Below, in pieces: positions 9,845 to 17,607 of a stretch of 64,000 bases of DNA. The stretch is from Minisyncoccia bacterium. Its GTDB lineage: Bacteria; Patescibacteriota; Minisyncoccia; 2-02-FULL-40-12; IGHO2-01-FULL-4-A. Position 1 is the stretch's first letter; the number at the start of each line of letters is the position of its first letter. The stretch covers positions 8,339-72,338 of the forward strand of contig JBEKBN010000002.1 in NCBI GenBank assembly GCA_050015375.1, given 5' to 3'. Made by a program: the position numbers and the translations under genes. A model generated the notes under the pieces. The model saw nothing but the letters and a program-made list of their open reading frames with translations, was not told the DNA's origin and did not search any database.

Positions 9845-10171
9845 GAGTAAATTGTAGAATAAAAACGGAAATTATGCAAAAGAAAAAGCCGCTCATCCGT
9901 CAACCGACGGATTCGAGCGGCAGAAAAATTGGAAATGGGTCTAGGACGCCCCTGCGCCATGGAAAGTTTTTTGCGATTACCTCCATGGTTAGACTCGCAC
10001 TGTCTGGTTATCGGATTTTCGCAGCGTCCCAATCGACGGAAAGCCCATATTTTATCACTGTTTCATCCTGGTCATACAGGAATCCCCGAGCGTTGCGGTC
10101 TGGGCTAACAGCGATATTCTGCTACCATTTCCAAAAGGTATTATAGTCAACGGTTTTAGAATGTCAACAAA

Positions 10172-10215
10172 AAACCCCGCCAGATGAAAGCTTGGAAGGG
10201 CTTTTCATCTGTGCA
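10172..10215 (-). terminator. Rho-independent terminator of the 10241-10705 gene
   Basis: Read on the minus strand, a hairpin (cagatgaaaag...cttttcatctg) is followed by ggcggggtttttt. Confidence 0.55.
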
Positions 10216-10240
10216 GGGTCGAGTTGTTTCCGTTCGAGGG

Positions 10241-10705
10241 TTAGCGTTTTACTCGCTCAACAGCCGGCCCGAGGACATCTTTCATATCCTTCAGTCCGAG
10301 CCGCATTGTCGTTATTCCTTTGCTGACCTCCTCGGTTGTTTCCTCGTCGATGTGTTCCTCGACATCCTTGATTGCTGCCATCTTACCAGCTTGGTGCGCT
10401 CTTTGAATGTCTCCGGCGTTCGGATCAGATGATCGGCGTAGTGCTTCGATGGCGTTCTCGGCGGCATTGGTGCCGTTGTCACGGTTGTATCCCCATGTGT
10501 CCACTTCGTCCTTGGAAAGATCAATTTTCATGACCCTTCCTTGCAGATAGTCGAAATAGGCACGGTGGCCGTTGCCGAGAAGTTGCTGTGCCTGCTTCTC
10601 GGTCATTGGCTTCGGGTCGTAGTGCAGGAATCCCATCCCTTGAGGTCTTGATGCGTTGTAAAGAGCTGCCAATACTGCTGCTTTGCTTAATCCGGCGATA
10701 TTCAT
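10241..10705 (-). CDS. Hypothetical protein (ORFan, island-borne)
   Basis: The 154-aa ORF begins MNIAGLSKAAVLAALYNASRPQGMGFLHYDP...GNGHRAYFDYLQGRVMKIDLS. GC is clearly above the window average. I could recognise no family. It has its own terminator. Confidence 0.55.
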   Translation of the reverse strand: MNIAGLSKAAVLAALYNASRPQGMGFLHYDPKPMTEKQAQQLLGNGHRAYFDYLQGRVMKIDLSKDEVDTWGYNRDNGTNAAENAIEALRRSSDPNAGDIQRAHQAGKMAAIKDVEEHIDEETTEEVSKGITTMRLGLKDMKDVLGPAVERVKR

Positions 10706-10827
10706 GATTTTCTCTCCTTTTTTGTATGTCAGACAACGATTTCTGAATATTTACTAATAATACACCTTTTTAAGATATAAGACAATAGCTTCTCAAAATC
10801 AGCCAATATTACCTTTTTTTAATATAT

Positions 10828-10855
10828 TTGACAGTCTCCGCGTAAAGAATATAAT
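10828..10855 (+). promoter_or_regulatory. Sigma70-type promoter for small ORF copy 1
   Basis: TTGACA (10828-10833), a 16-nt spacer, then TATAAT (10850-10855). The ORF start is ~55 nt downstream with an AGGGA SD. Confidence 0.6.
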
Positions 10856-10911
10856 CAAATCGTGTGTTGTTTGGAATTCCATTGTATTTTCACCCCTGTT
10901 GATAGGGAACA

Positions 10912-11133
10912 ATGGATTTTTCGTCTGAATTAAAAGCTCGGCTGATTAAATATCTAGCCGATAAATACGAAATCCATGTGACCTCGGAAAAAGCCGAGGA
11001 GTTTTTGTCGTCTCTTGCCGACCTCTTTTTGGCTTTTTCGGATTCGGAATGTTCGGGTTCGGATGACTCTTTTTTCAACGCCCTGCAGGAACCGGTCGCG
11101 CCTCTCGCCTCGCCGTCGCTCGGCTCGGGCTAA
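10912..11133 (+). CDS. Small acidic protein, copy 1 of a duplicated module (73 aa)
   Basis: The sequence is MDFSSELKARLIKYLADKYEIHVTSEKAEEFLSSLADLFLAFSDSE...SFFNALQEPVAPL. It is paralogous to 12633-13034. The differences between the copies are mostly synonymous in this frame, which supports coding on the + strand. Confidence 0.55.
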   Translation: MDFSSELKARLIKYLADKYEIHVTSEKAEEFLSSLADLFLAFSDSECSGSDDSFFNALQEPVAPLASPSLGSG

Positions 11134-11264
11134 TAATGCGCAATTTGATGTCGTCACGAGTATTTTCCCTGACGGAAAAATCTCGCGACCCCGGCTCACG
11201 GTTTTTGCCTTTCCCTTTCGACAAGCTCAGGGTCAAACAAAAACATCGCTGCGCCTCGGCCAAG

Positions 11265-11297
11265 CAAAAAAATCTGCCGAAGGGCAGATTTTCTTTA
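11265..11297. terminator. Bidirectional intrinsic terminator
   Basis: aaaaaaa, then atctgccgaagggcagat, then tttcttt. Confidence 0.6.
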
Positions 11298-11360
11298 CGC
11301 TTGTCCGCAATGTGGGACGAAGTTGGAATGACGATGGCAATGGGATTATAACAAAAACAA

Positions 11361-11388
11361 AGCCCCGATTTTCTGGGGCTTTTGGTTT
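11361..11388 (+). terminator. Intrinsic terminator-like hairpin
   Basis: agccccgattttctggggct followed by tttggttt. It is preceded by aaaaacaaa, so it could work in both directions. Confidence 0.5.
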
Positions 11389-11408
11389 GCGAATATCTCT
11401 CCTCGTCT

Positions 11409-11651
11409 CTACCGTCTTTTCCCTTTTTCGAAATCGCCTGATTGGCGATGTCCGCAACGGAAAATATCATTTTTAGCGGCCTTGCTCAAATTCTTTGTCT
11501 TACGATTGAGACGTTTGGATGACTCGCATTTTTCACGGGTACAATACATCAATGTTTTGCGTCCTCGAGAAATAATTTTTACCAAATCACCAAACTGAAT
11601 CTTTTGGCCGCACTTTGCACAGACTCCGTCGCTGTCCGCTCTTTGATGCAT
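11409..11651 (-). CDS. Small zinc-ribbon protein (putative)
   Basis: MHQRADSDGVCAKCGQKIQFGDLVKIISRGRKTLMYCTREKC... has two Cys pairs. It shares the motif VC[AV]KCGQ with the adjacent 11694-11924 ORF. Confidence 0.4.
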   Translation of the reverse strand: MHQRADSDGVCAKCGQKIQFGDLVKIISRGRKTLMYCTREKCESSKRLNRKTKNLSKAAKNDIFRCGHRQSGDFEKGKRR

Positions 11652-11693
11652 AACTATCCTCCAAACTAATGGTTTTACCATTGTTGGCCGTAA

Positions 11694-11924
11694 TTATTTC
11701 TTTGTAGCAGGATGAGTGTTCTTGTGCTGTTGTCTTGTCTTATGCCCCATTGGCCTATGGCCGACATTGCCACTCGCTCTGTTTCCAACTACGCGAGGAA
11801 TTTGTTCGTGCGCTTGCTGGCACTTAGGATAGCGCCTTGCGTTCTTAAAACGGTAGGGCGTCTTTTTGAAATACTTGTACTCTTGACCGCATTTCACACA
11901 AACCTTTATGGTTGGAATCAACAT
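11694..11924 (-). CDS. Small zinc-ribbon protein (putative), tandem paralog
   Basis: MLIPTIKVCVKCGQEYKYFKKTPYRFKNARRYPKCQQAH... carries C-x2-C plus C/H ligands and is basic. Confidence 0.4.
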   Translation of the reverse strand: MLIPTIKVCVKCGQEYKYFKKTPYRFKNARRYPKCQQAHEQIPRVVGNRASGNVGHRPMGHKTRQQHKNTHPATKK

Positions 11925-11971
11925 AACCGACTCCTGTTCTTTCTGATTAGGTAATGGTTGCCTCTAAAACC

Positions 11972-12385
11972 TTAGAGGAGAGGCGGAAAGTTCTGGTCGT
12001 CACAACCAAAGTCAGTTTCCAAGCCATCTGCAATTTTTCCATCCGGAAATCTGACTGAAATCTGACCATTGACTTCTTGCCAGATATCCAAACGTTCAAC
12101 TCGAACGCAACCAATGGCTGTATAATTACCCTTGGCGTAACGTTTTCTCCCAAATGTAATCTTAATATGCACGTCCCTTTGGTTATCCTTGATTGGCGAT
12201 GAACTAACGTCAATTCCTCGAATTTCCAATTCGCCAACGACCTTCGTGGTTTTTTTGTAATCCTTCTCGTCCGTGTCGCTATCAGGAGAAATGCCGTTCT
12301 CGTGCTGGTATATAAGTTCAGCTGCCATAAACTTAGCGATTCGTACCGCTAAGATTTCCGACTCACTTATAGATTTTCGAGTCAT
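11972..12385 (-). CDS. Hypothetical protein
   Basis: The 137-aa ORF has good coding periodicity and no recognisable family. Confidence 0.5.
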   Translation of the reverse strand: MTRKSISESEILAVRIAKFMAAELIYQHENGISPDSDTDEKDYKKTTKVVGELEIRGIDVSSSPIKDNQRDVHIKITFGRKRYAKGNYTAIGCVRVERLDIWQEVNGQISVRFPDGKIADGLETDFGCDDQNFPPLL

Positions 12386-12558
12386 TAGTAACTCCCGTCA
12401 CAGGAACACTTGAGAAACATTCTCAAGCGACTACCGTCTCAGTAGTGATTTAGCAAGAAAATCCAGCCAAATCGCTACTGAGAAGATGATGTTAATGTGC
12501 TATGTTAAGAATAGTATTAATATTATACCTTATTCTCTGTTTTGTCAAGTTTGCATAT

Positions 12559-12586
12559 TTGACAGTTTTTAGGTTAAGAATATACT
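12559..12586 (+). promoter_or_regulatory. Sigma70-type promoter for small ORF copy 2
   Basis: TTGACA (12559-12564), a 16-nt spacer, then TATACT (12581-12586). It is positionally homologous to the copy-1 promoter. Confidence 0.55.
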
Positions 12587-12632
12587 CAAATTGAGTAAAC
12601 ACTGTGAGCACGAGCGGAAAAAGCCCTAGGTA

Positions 12633-13034
12633 ATGCAATTAGGGTTTTCAAAAGTGCTCAAAACTCGGCTAATTAAATACTTAGCCGAAAAATATTCAGT
12701 CATTGTATCTTCGGAAAAAGCCGAAGAATTTTTGCGTTCTCTTGCCGACCTCTTTTTGGCTTTTTCTGATTCGGAAGATTTAGGTTCGGATAACTCTTTT
12801 TTCAACGCCCTGCAGGAACCGGTCGCGCCTCTCGTCGGCTTCCGCCGATTCGGGCTGACCACCGCCTCATTGCCTCGCTTGCCATTTGCTCGCTCGGCAA
12901 CATTCCGGCGTTTGATTCCTTATGCGAGCCAAGCAGTTGGCTCGCTCAGGGCGCAAAAGATAAAACCGGATATAATCCGGTTTTATCTTTTGATGTCCGC
13001 CCTGAAGGAATCGAACCTTCAACCTCTTCCTTAA
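12633..13034 (+). CDS. Small acidic protein, copy 2 of the duplicated module. Its divergent Arg/Leu-rich C-terminal extension reads into the tRNA-Lys gene, so the 3' end is uncertain.
   Basis: MQLGFSKVLKTRLIKYLAEKYSVIVSSEKAEEFLRSLADLFLAFSDSE...SFFNALQEPVAPL. The conserved part is ~70 aa. The frame stays open to 13034. Confidence 0.45.
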   Translation: MQLGFSKVLKTRLIKYLAEKYSVIVSSEKAEEFLRSLADLFLAFSDSEDLGSDNSFFNALQEPVAPLVGFRRFGLTTASLPRLPFARSATFRRLIPYASQAVGSLRAQKIKPDIIRFYLLMSALKESNLQPLP

Positions 13035-13068
13035 AAGGGAATTGCTCTACCAATTGAGCTAAGGGCGG
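12996..13068 (-). tRNA. tRNA-Lys (anticodon UUU)
   Basis: By my own fold the gene is 73 nt. The acceptor stem is CCGCCCT/AGGGCGG, with U8. The D-arm is GCTC-AATTGGTA-GAGC, nearly identical to E. coli tRNA-Lys. The anticodon loop is CTTTTAA. The T-arm is GAAGG-TTCGATT-CCTTC. The discriminator is A. No CCA is encoded. Confidence 0.85.
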
Positions 13069-13089
13069 ATAAATTATTATATCAAATTA

Positions 13090-13644
13090 TCAATATTTCG
13101 GATTTTCTTCTTTGATCTTCAGTTTAAAATTCACAAATCTTGCCAAAGCAAATAAATAGCTGGACAGGCGGTTCAGATAAGTGATGGCGTTCGGGCTGAT
13201 CTTGCTTTTATATTTTACAACAATTCTCTCCGATTTCCGAGCGGCGGTCCGGGCTAGTTCCAGCCGCGAACTCAACTCACTGCCGCCGGGTATGACGAAC
13301 TTGGTGATCTCCGGGATTTGCCGGTCAATGTCCGCTATTTTTTTCTCCAGCTGGACGACCGATTCTTCGGTTAACCTTTTTTCAAAACGGAAATTAAATC
13401 TCGCGGCGGCAACCTCAGCTTGAATAATGAACAAAACGTGCTGGACGGCATGCAAATTTCCCGCAATTTTTTTTCCGCCGGCCGACGGATTTTTTCTGGC
13501 TTCGGTCTTGCAAAAACCGATAACCGCGTTCAATTCGTCCAAACAGCCCAAGGCCTCAAAAATCGCATCGCTTTTCGGCAAAACGATCTTGCCAAAAACG
13601 CTCTCGCCCTTGTCCCCCATCTTTGTATAAAACTTTGTTTTCAC
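13090..13644 (-). CDS. ATP:cob(I)alamin/corrinoid adenosyltransferase, PduO-type
   Basis: The N-terminus reads MKTKFYTKMGDKGESVFGKIVLPKSDAIFEALGCLDELNAVIG. This matches the PduO/MMAB family signature (YTKTGDKGxT...DxRxEAxGxxDELN). Confidence 0.8.
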   Translation of the reverse strand: MKTKFYTKMGDKGESVFGKIVLPKSDAIFEALGCLDELNAVIGFCKTEARKNPSAGGKKIAGNLHAVQHVLFIIQAEVAAARFNFRFEKRLTEESVVQLEKKIADIDRQIPEITKFVIPGGSELSSRLELARTAARKSERIVVKYKSKISPNAITYLNRLSSYLFALARFVNFKLKIKEENPKY

Positions 13645-13667
13645 AGAAAATATTCTAACACATTATC

Positions 13668-13709
13668 CCAAAAAAGAAAAAGCCCCGCCGGATGAAGTCG
13701 TGGCGGGGT
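13668..13709 (-). terminator. Intrinsic terminator for the 13726-14001 gene
   Basis: Read on the minus strand: aaccccgccacgacttcatccggcggggct followed by ttttctttttt. Confidence 0.6.
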
Positions 13710-13725
13710 TAGACAAACAATCTAC

Positions 13726-14001
13726 TTAGAAAATTAGATCGTCAGGCGTGGCCTGAGATACATCTTTAATCACCACCCAAGTGTTGGGTCCATAACCACG
13801 TGTTCTAGGTGGCAAAGAAAGGATATTTTTTGTGCTATATAACGGAATCACGCGCGGATTTACGCGAATTCCGCTTTGCCTAGCCGCAAAACTAGCTAAT
13901 ACGCGTGCGCACTCAACCACGTTTGCAAATTCGTGAACAGCCGTTAACTCTTCAACGAAACAATCATCCTCAAAAATAAGGTACCTAAATTTTAGAAACA
14001 T
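13726..14001 (-). CDS. Hypothetical small protein (91 aa from the internal Met)
   Basis: A strong SD (gaaaggagatggt) precedes ATG at 14001-13999 (MFLKFRYLIFEDDCFVEEL...). A TTGACT-N17-TATTAT promoter lies upstream on the minus strand. Confidence 0.55.
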   Translation of the reverse strand: MFLKFRYLIFEDDCFVEELTAVHEFANVVECARVLASFAARQSGIRVNPRVIPLYSTKNILSLPPRTRGYGPNTWVVIKDVSQATPDDLIF

Positions 14002-14047
14002 ACCATCTCCTTTCCCTATCCTCGTAACCTCACGCATTGCAGTGCCT

Positions 14048-14078
14048 TAATAATACCACTATAATATTATAGAGTCAA
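14048..14078 (-). promoter_or_regulatory. Putative sigma70 promoter for the 13726-14001 gene
   Basis: On the minus strand: TTGACT, then ctataatattatagtgg (17 nt), then TATTAT. Confidence 0.4.
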
Positions 14079-14089
14079 TAGGTAAAGGA

Positions 14090-14557
14090 TGGGGGGGGCC
14101 GAGTCAGTGGCCGTTTCAAGTGTCACTCCGAGGCAAGACAACAATTCCAAGCGAGACCGGAAATCCCTGCGAACCAGATTGCTTGTGAAGCGTCCAGCGA
14201 ACCCTTGTCTCTTCGAGCGGCCGCGTAAATTAAAAAACCAAGTAAGTCGGCGACCTTTTCGAGAGTACGGCCGAAATAGTTGAGCGAGGTATCAGTGATT
14301 ATTTTCATTTGTCGCAATGGCTACAAATCAATGAAGTCCCGACTCCGAAGGAGTCGAGGATCCTCGATTTTGCGAAGCAAAATCGGGACCGAGTGAAAAT
14401 TTGCCGAATGACAAATTTCGGTCGCCGAAGGCAGGAATGGATAACGAAATTTGTCCGGCAAATTGAACGAGCGAAAGGGGTGGGCTTGTCCCACCCCTTA
14501 GGTAGCGAATATGATTTGTCCAGCAGCGACATTGAAAATAATTACTGACGCCGAGCG
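14090..14557. ncRNA. Unassigned structured non-coding region. It is a candidate ncRNA gene whose identity is not resolved.
   Basis: This ~470-bp gap sits in an otherwise compact genome. It has no credible ORF. It is rich in local hairpins: gtcccgactcc...aatcgggac, gaggatcctc, ttttgcgaagcaaaa, aaatttg...caaattt, and aggggtgggcttgtcccacccct. It opens with a G8 tract. Confidence 0.25.
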
Positions 14558-16228
14558 TTATTTCTTCAACGACTCATCCAATATCTTCCTCAGCCCCTCG
14601 ACATCGATCTCGGGTTTGGGTTTTGGAGCGGCTGGCGGCCGGGGAGACGCGGACTGATTCGGAACCGGATTTGAAGCGCCGCTTTGAGTCGGTCGTTCTT
14701 CAATTTTCTTGCCTTTGAAATCCACCGCTCCCCGCTTGAACGCCTCATCCAGCGACACCGACGGCGGAGTTGTCGGCTCAGCGGAAGTCCGTCTGACAAA
14801 TGGCCGGTTGTTGTAATTGTTGTCTTGTCTTCGCGGTTGATTCTGGCCCCGATAATCATCCCGCGGCCGATTATCATTTTGTGATCTATATTCGTTCTCC
14901 GATCTTTTTGGATATGACTGATTCGTCGCCATGGCCGATTCCATCGGTCCGTACCATTTCTCAATATTTTTTTCAACGTCATCTACCGGCATGGCGTTAT
15001 GAGTCCGGGAATATTCAATGATTTTTTCGCGGTTGCTTTCTGGCAATTTCGGTGGCGTGTCAATGGTCATTGCCGAGAAAGCCCGCGAAGCGATGCCGTC
15101 AATGAGAAGTTTTATGTAAATTTGCCTTTTACCGAGATTGACGATATCGGTGGCCAAGAATTCGGGCGACAATTCTTTTTCTAAAAGTTCGGCATCCTCG
15201 GCGCCAACCCGGAAACTGATGATCGTGCCGACATTGCCGAAGATCGCGTCCCTGACGGTCTCGTCGAGCTGGGCGACATATTGATGGGCGACAATTAAAC
15301 TCAAATGATATTTTCTGGCTTCGGATAAAATATTAGCGAATGACGAGGTGGCGAAATTCTGGAACTCGTCAACGATCAAAACAAAATCCGTTCTTTCTTT
15401 TTCCGGAATGTCCACCCGCGACATGGCCGCCAGCTGGAGTTTGGTGATGATCAGGGCGCCAAGCAAACGCGAAGCGTCTTCGCCGATCCGGCCCTTGGAA
15501 ATATTGACCAAGAGGATCTTGCCTTGGTCCATTATCTCGCGCATATCAATGGTGGATTTCGGCTGGCCGACGATATTCCTGATAAGAGCCGAGGAAGTGA
15601 ATTGACCGACTTTGTTCTGGATCGCCGCTGTGGCTTCGGTGGCGAATTTGTCGGCATATTTGGCGAATTCCTGGGTCCAAAAGGCCTTGACCGTCGGGTC
15701 TTTCAATTGGGCGACGACGTAATTGCGGTAATCTTTTTCGGCAAGCATCCGGTTGATACCGAGTAGCGTCGCGTCCGGTGTTTCTAAAAGCGCCAAGATC
15801 GTATTATTCAAAATATATTCCATTCTCGGCGACCAGACATCGATCCAGATCTTTTTGAAAACGTTCATCACGCCGTCGGCGACAAGGTGGCGTTTATCGG
15901 GGTCAACCTGTTCCATGACATTGAAAGCGACCGGAAATTTCAGATCTGCCGGGTTGATATAAATAACGTCTTTTATCCTTTCTTCGGGAATGTAGTCCAA
16001 AAGATCCTCAACCGGGTCGCCGTGGGGATCGATGAAGCCGACTCCCCTTCCGGCCTGGATATCCTGAATGGCGAATATTTTTTCAAGTTCCGACTTGCCG
16101 AGGCCGGTCTTGCCGATAATGTAGACGTGGCGCCGGCGGTCGTCCATTTTTATACCAAAAGGCACTTTATTATTTCTAAAGTTGGTCTCGCCGAACAAAA
16201 CTATATCGTTGTCGTTGGTTTGAGCCAT
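14558..16228 (-). CDS. FtsK/HerA-superfamily P-loop ATPase, TraD/VirD4-like (type IV secretion coupling-protein-like), with a disordered Q/N/R/P-rich tail
   Basis: Walker A is GKTGLGKS. Walker B is VLIVDEFQNF. The protein is ~440 aa plus a low-complexity C-terminus. It is paired with the membrane protein at 16232-17500, a pairing seen in CPR genomes. Confidence 0.65.
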   Translation of the reverse strand: MAQTNDNDIVLFGETNFRNNKVPFGIKMDDRRRHVYIIGKTGLGKSELEKIFAIQDIQAGRGVGFIDPHGDPVEDLLDYIPEERIKDVIYINPADLKFPVAFNVMEQVDPDKRHLVADGVMNVFKKIWIDVWSPRMEYILNNTILALLETPDATLLGINRMLAEKDYRNYVVAQLKDPTVKAFWTQEFAKYADKFATEATAAIQNKVGQFTSSALIRNIVGQPKSTIDMREIMDQGKILLVNISKGRIGEDASRLLGALIITKLQLAAMSRVDIPEKERTDFVLIVDEFQNFATSSFANILSEARKYHLSLIVAHQYVAQLDETVRDAIFGNVGTIISFRVGAEDAELLEKELSPEFLATDIVNLGKRQIYIKLLIDGIASRAFSAMTIDTPPKLPESNREKIIEYSRTHNAMPVDDVEKNIEKWYGPMESAMATNQSYPKRSENEYRSQNDNRPRDDYRGQNQPRRQDNNYNNRPFVRRTSAEPTTPPSVSLDEAFKRGAVDFKGKKIEERPTQSGASNPVPNQSASPRPPAAPKPKPEIDVEGLRKILDESLKK

Positions 16229-16231
16229 AAT

Positions 16232-17500
16232 TTACTGCGGAAGTCCCGCCGGGGGTTGGCCTTTTTTGGCTTCGACTCTCGGGAAAGCCGGAGCGCGCAA
16301 ACCGATGCCGGGCAAATGCCACAGGGTCGCTAATTCCTCGGTATTCAAAAGAACGACATCCTTGATGAAAGTCCGCTCGCGGTATTTTCGGTAAATTCTG
16401 ATCTTGCGTCTCAGTTCCTGCCATTTCCAGAAAAACCCTTTGTTGGACGGGAATACTTGATAAAGAATTCCCTTGGCCAAGGACTCGGTCTTCGGATTTG
16501 GTTTGAAAGAGTTCATGTTGTTGGCGTAAAGTTGTTTGAACATGCCGATAACCGAGGTGACCCGGGCGCGGTTGAACAATTCCTTTCGGGCGACATACAG
16601 GAAACGGACATCGGCTTTGAACCCAAGTTTGGATATTTTATTCTCGACTTGCTCCAAAATATCTCGCTGGCCGGGGGTTAATTTCTGGACATTGAATTCC
16701 TGCTTCTCATCTTTTTTTTCGGCTTGCGGAACCTGAAAAACATTTTCTTCGATAAAATCCATCGTCTTATGCAAGGCATTGGGTTCGACTTTGACTTTTT
16801 TGCCTGTGATTTTGTCGATAATTTTTTGGGCATCTTCGATGATCTTTTTGCCGCCGGTCGGCCGGATGAGAAATTGCAACCAGACATGCTCGCCGGGCTG
16901 GGTCGAGCTCAAGGTTTCGGCCAAAGGCGCCAAGGGATCGGTTCGTTTGAATTCGTCTTTTCCGCTTTCTTCCTCGAAATAGGGATAGGTTCTCAAAGGA
17001 TAAGCGTTGTCGTTGATAAAAACGAGGTCGGTGCCATAAAGATCGTAATCATCGTTGGGCAAGATCCTCGGCAAATATTTGGTGTAATCCTCGACTTCTT
17101 TTATTTCGGCATCGGGATACTGGGCGAAAACCACATGCTCAACGAGGGAACGGAAATTCTCGGTCACCCGGATCAAAAAACTAATTTCACCGCCGTTGCC
17201 GACGATCTCGAATGAATAAAAATTCGGAACCTCGCCTTTGAAAAATCTTTTCTTCCACTTGACCGGCAAATAGGAAGCGTGGAGGCCGGCAAAAATATTT
17301 TCAGCGATCTTGGGACTTTTTTGGACATCGGGCGGCGGTTTTATTTCCAGTAAAACCCACTTCAAACTCAAGAGATACTTCTGGGTCACATAAACCAAAT
17401 AACCGGTGATCGTACCGGTAACCAAAAGGATCGGGACATAAATCCACCAATATGCGCCCAGGATCGAGAAAGCGGTTTTAAGTGGACTTAGAAAATCCAA
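16232..17500 (-). CDS. Membrane-anchored partner protein of the TraD-like ATPase (conserved hypothetical)
   Basis: There is an N-terminal TM (AYWWIYVPILLVTGTITGYLVYV) followed by a soluble domain. There is a 3-nt gap to the upstream ATPase gene, so the two are probably co-transcribed. Confidence 0.55.
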   Translation of the reverse strand: MDFLSPLKTAFSILGAYWWIYVPILLVTGTITGYLVYVTQKYLLSLKWVLLEIKPPPDVQKSPKIAENIFAGLHASYLPVKWKKRFFKGEVPNFYSFEIVGNGGEISFLIRVTENFRSLVEHVVFAQYPDAEIKEVEDYTKYLPRILPNDDYDLYGTDLVFINDNAYPLRTYPYFEEESGKDEFKRTDPLAPLAETLSSTQPGEHVWLQFLIRPTGGKKIIEDAQKIIDKITGKKVKVEPNALHKTMDFIEENVFQVPQAEKKDEKQEFNVQKLTPGQRDILEQVENKISKLGFKADVRFLYVARKELFNRARVTSVIGMFKQLYANNMNSFKPNPKTESLAKGILYQVFPSNKGFFWKWQELRRKIRIYRKYRERTFIKDVVLLNTEELATLWHLPGIGLRAPAFPRVEAKKGQPPAGLPQ

Positions 17501-17607
17501 GGGAAGCGAATAGCCAATAGCGAATAACCATTAGCCATTAAATTAAGCAATTGACTTTCCTCTATTATATATTTTCTGTTTGCAATTGGCTAATCGCTAT
17601 TCGCTAA

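Noticed and set aside
10890-11078. Antisense ORFs (10890-11078 and 12626-12862, minus strand) overlap the duplicated small genes.
   Set aside because: Both copies conserve the minus-frame peptides only because the DNA is conserved. The substitution pattern is synonymous in the + frame, and the sigma70 promoters drive the + strand. The antisense ORFs are shadows.
9845-12995. I looked for an integrase or recombinase and a duplicated tRNA-Lys 3' end that would define the island as an integrated element.
   Set aside because: No tyrosine or serine recombinase ORF is present. I did not find a direct repeat of the tRNA 3' end by eye. The island is kept as a compositional and contextual inference only.
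12633-13034. I considered whether the copy-2 C-terminal extension overlapping tRNA-Lys is a real protein tail.
   Set aside because: I could not decide. The frame is open, but the extension is repeat-like (gctcgctc motifs) and overlaps an RNA gene on the other strand. The call was kept with reduced confidence.
14090-14557. I tried to identify the non-coding gap as tmRNA, RNase P RNA or SRP RNA.
   Set aside because: The gap has no tRNA-like 3' end (T-arm GGUUCGAAUCC plus an acceptor complementary to a 5' GGGG) on either strand. It has no ANDENYALAA-type tag frame. The CR-I-like GAAGUCCCGACUCC pairs locally 35 nt away, not as a long-range P4. The SRP domain IV motif is not matched. I left the region as unassigned ncRNA.
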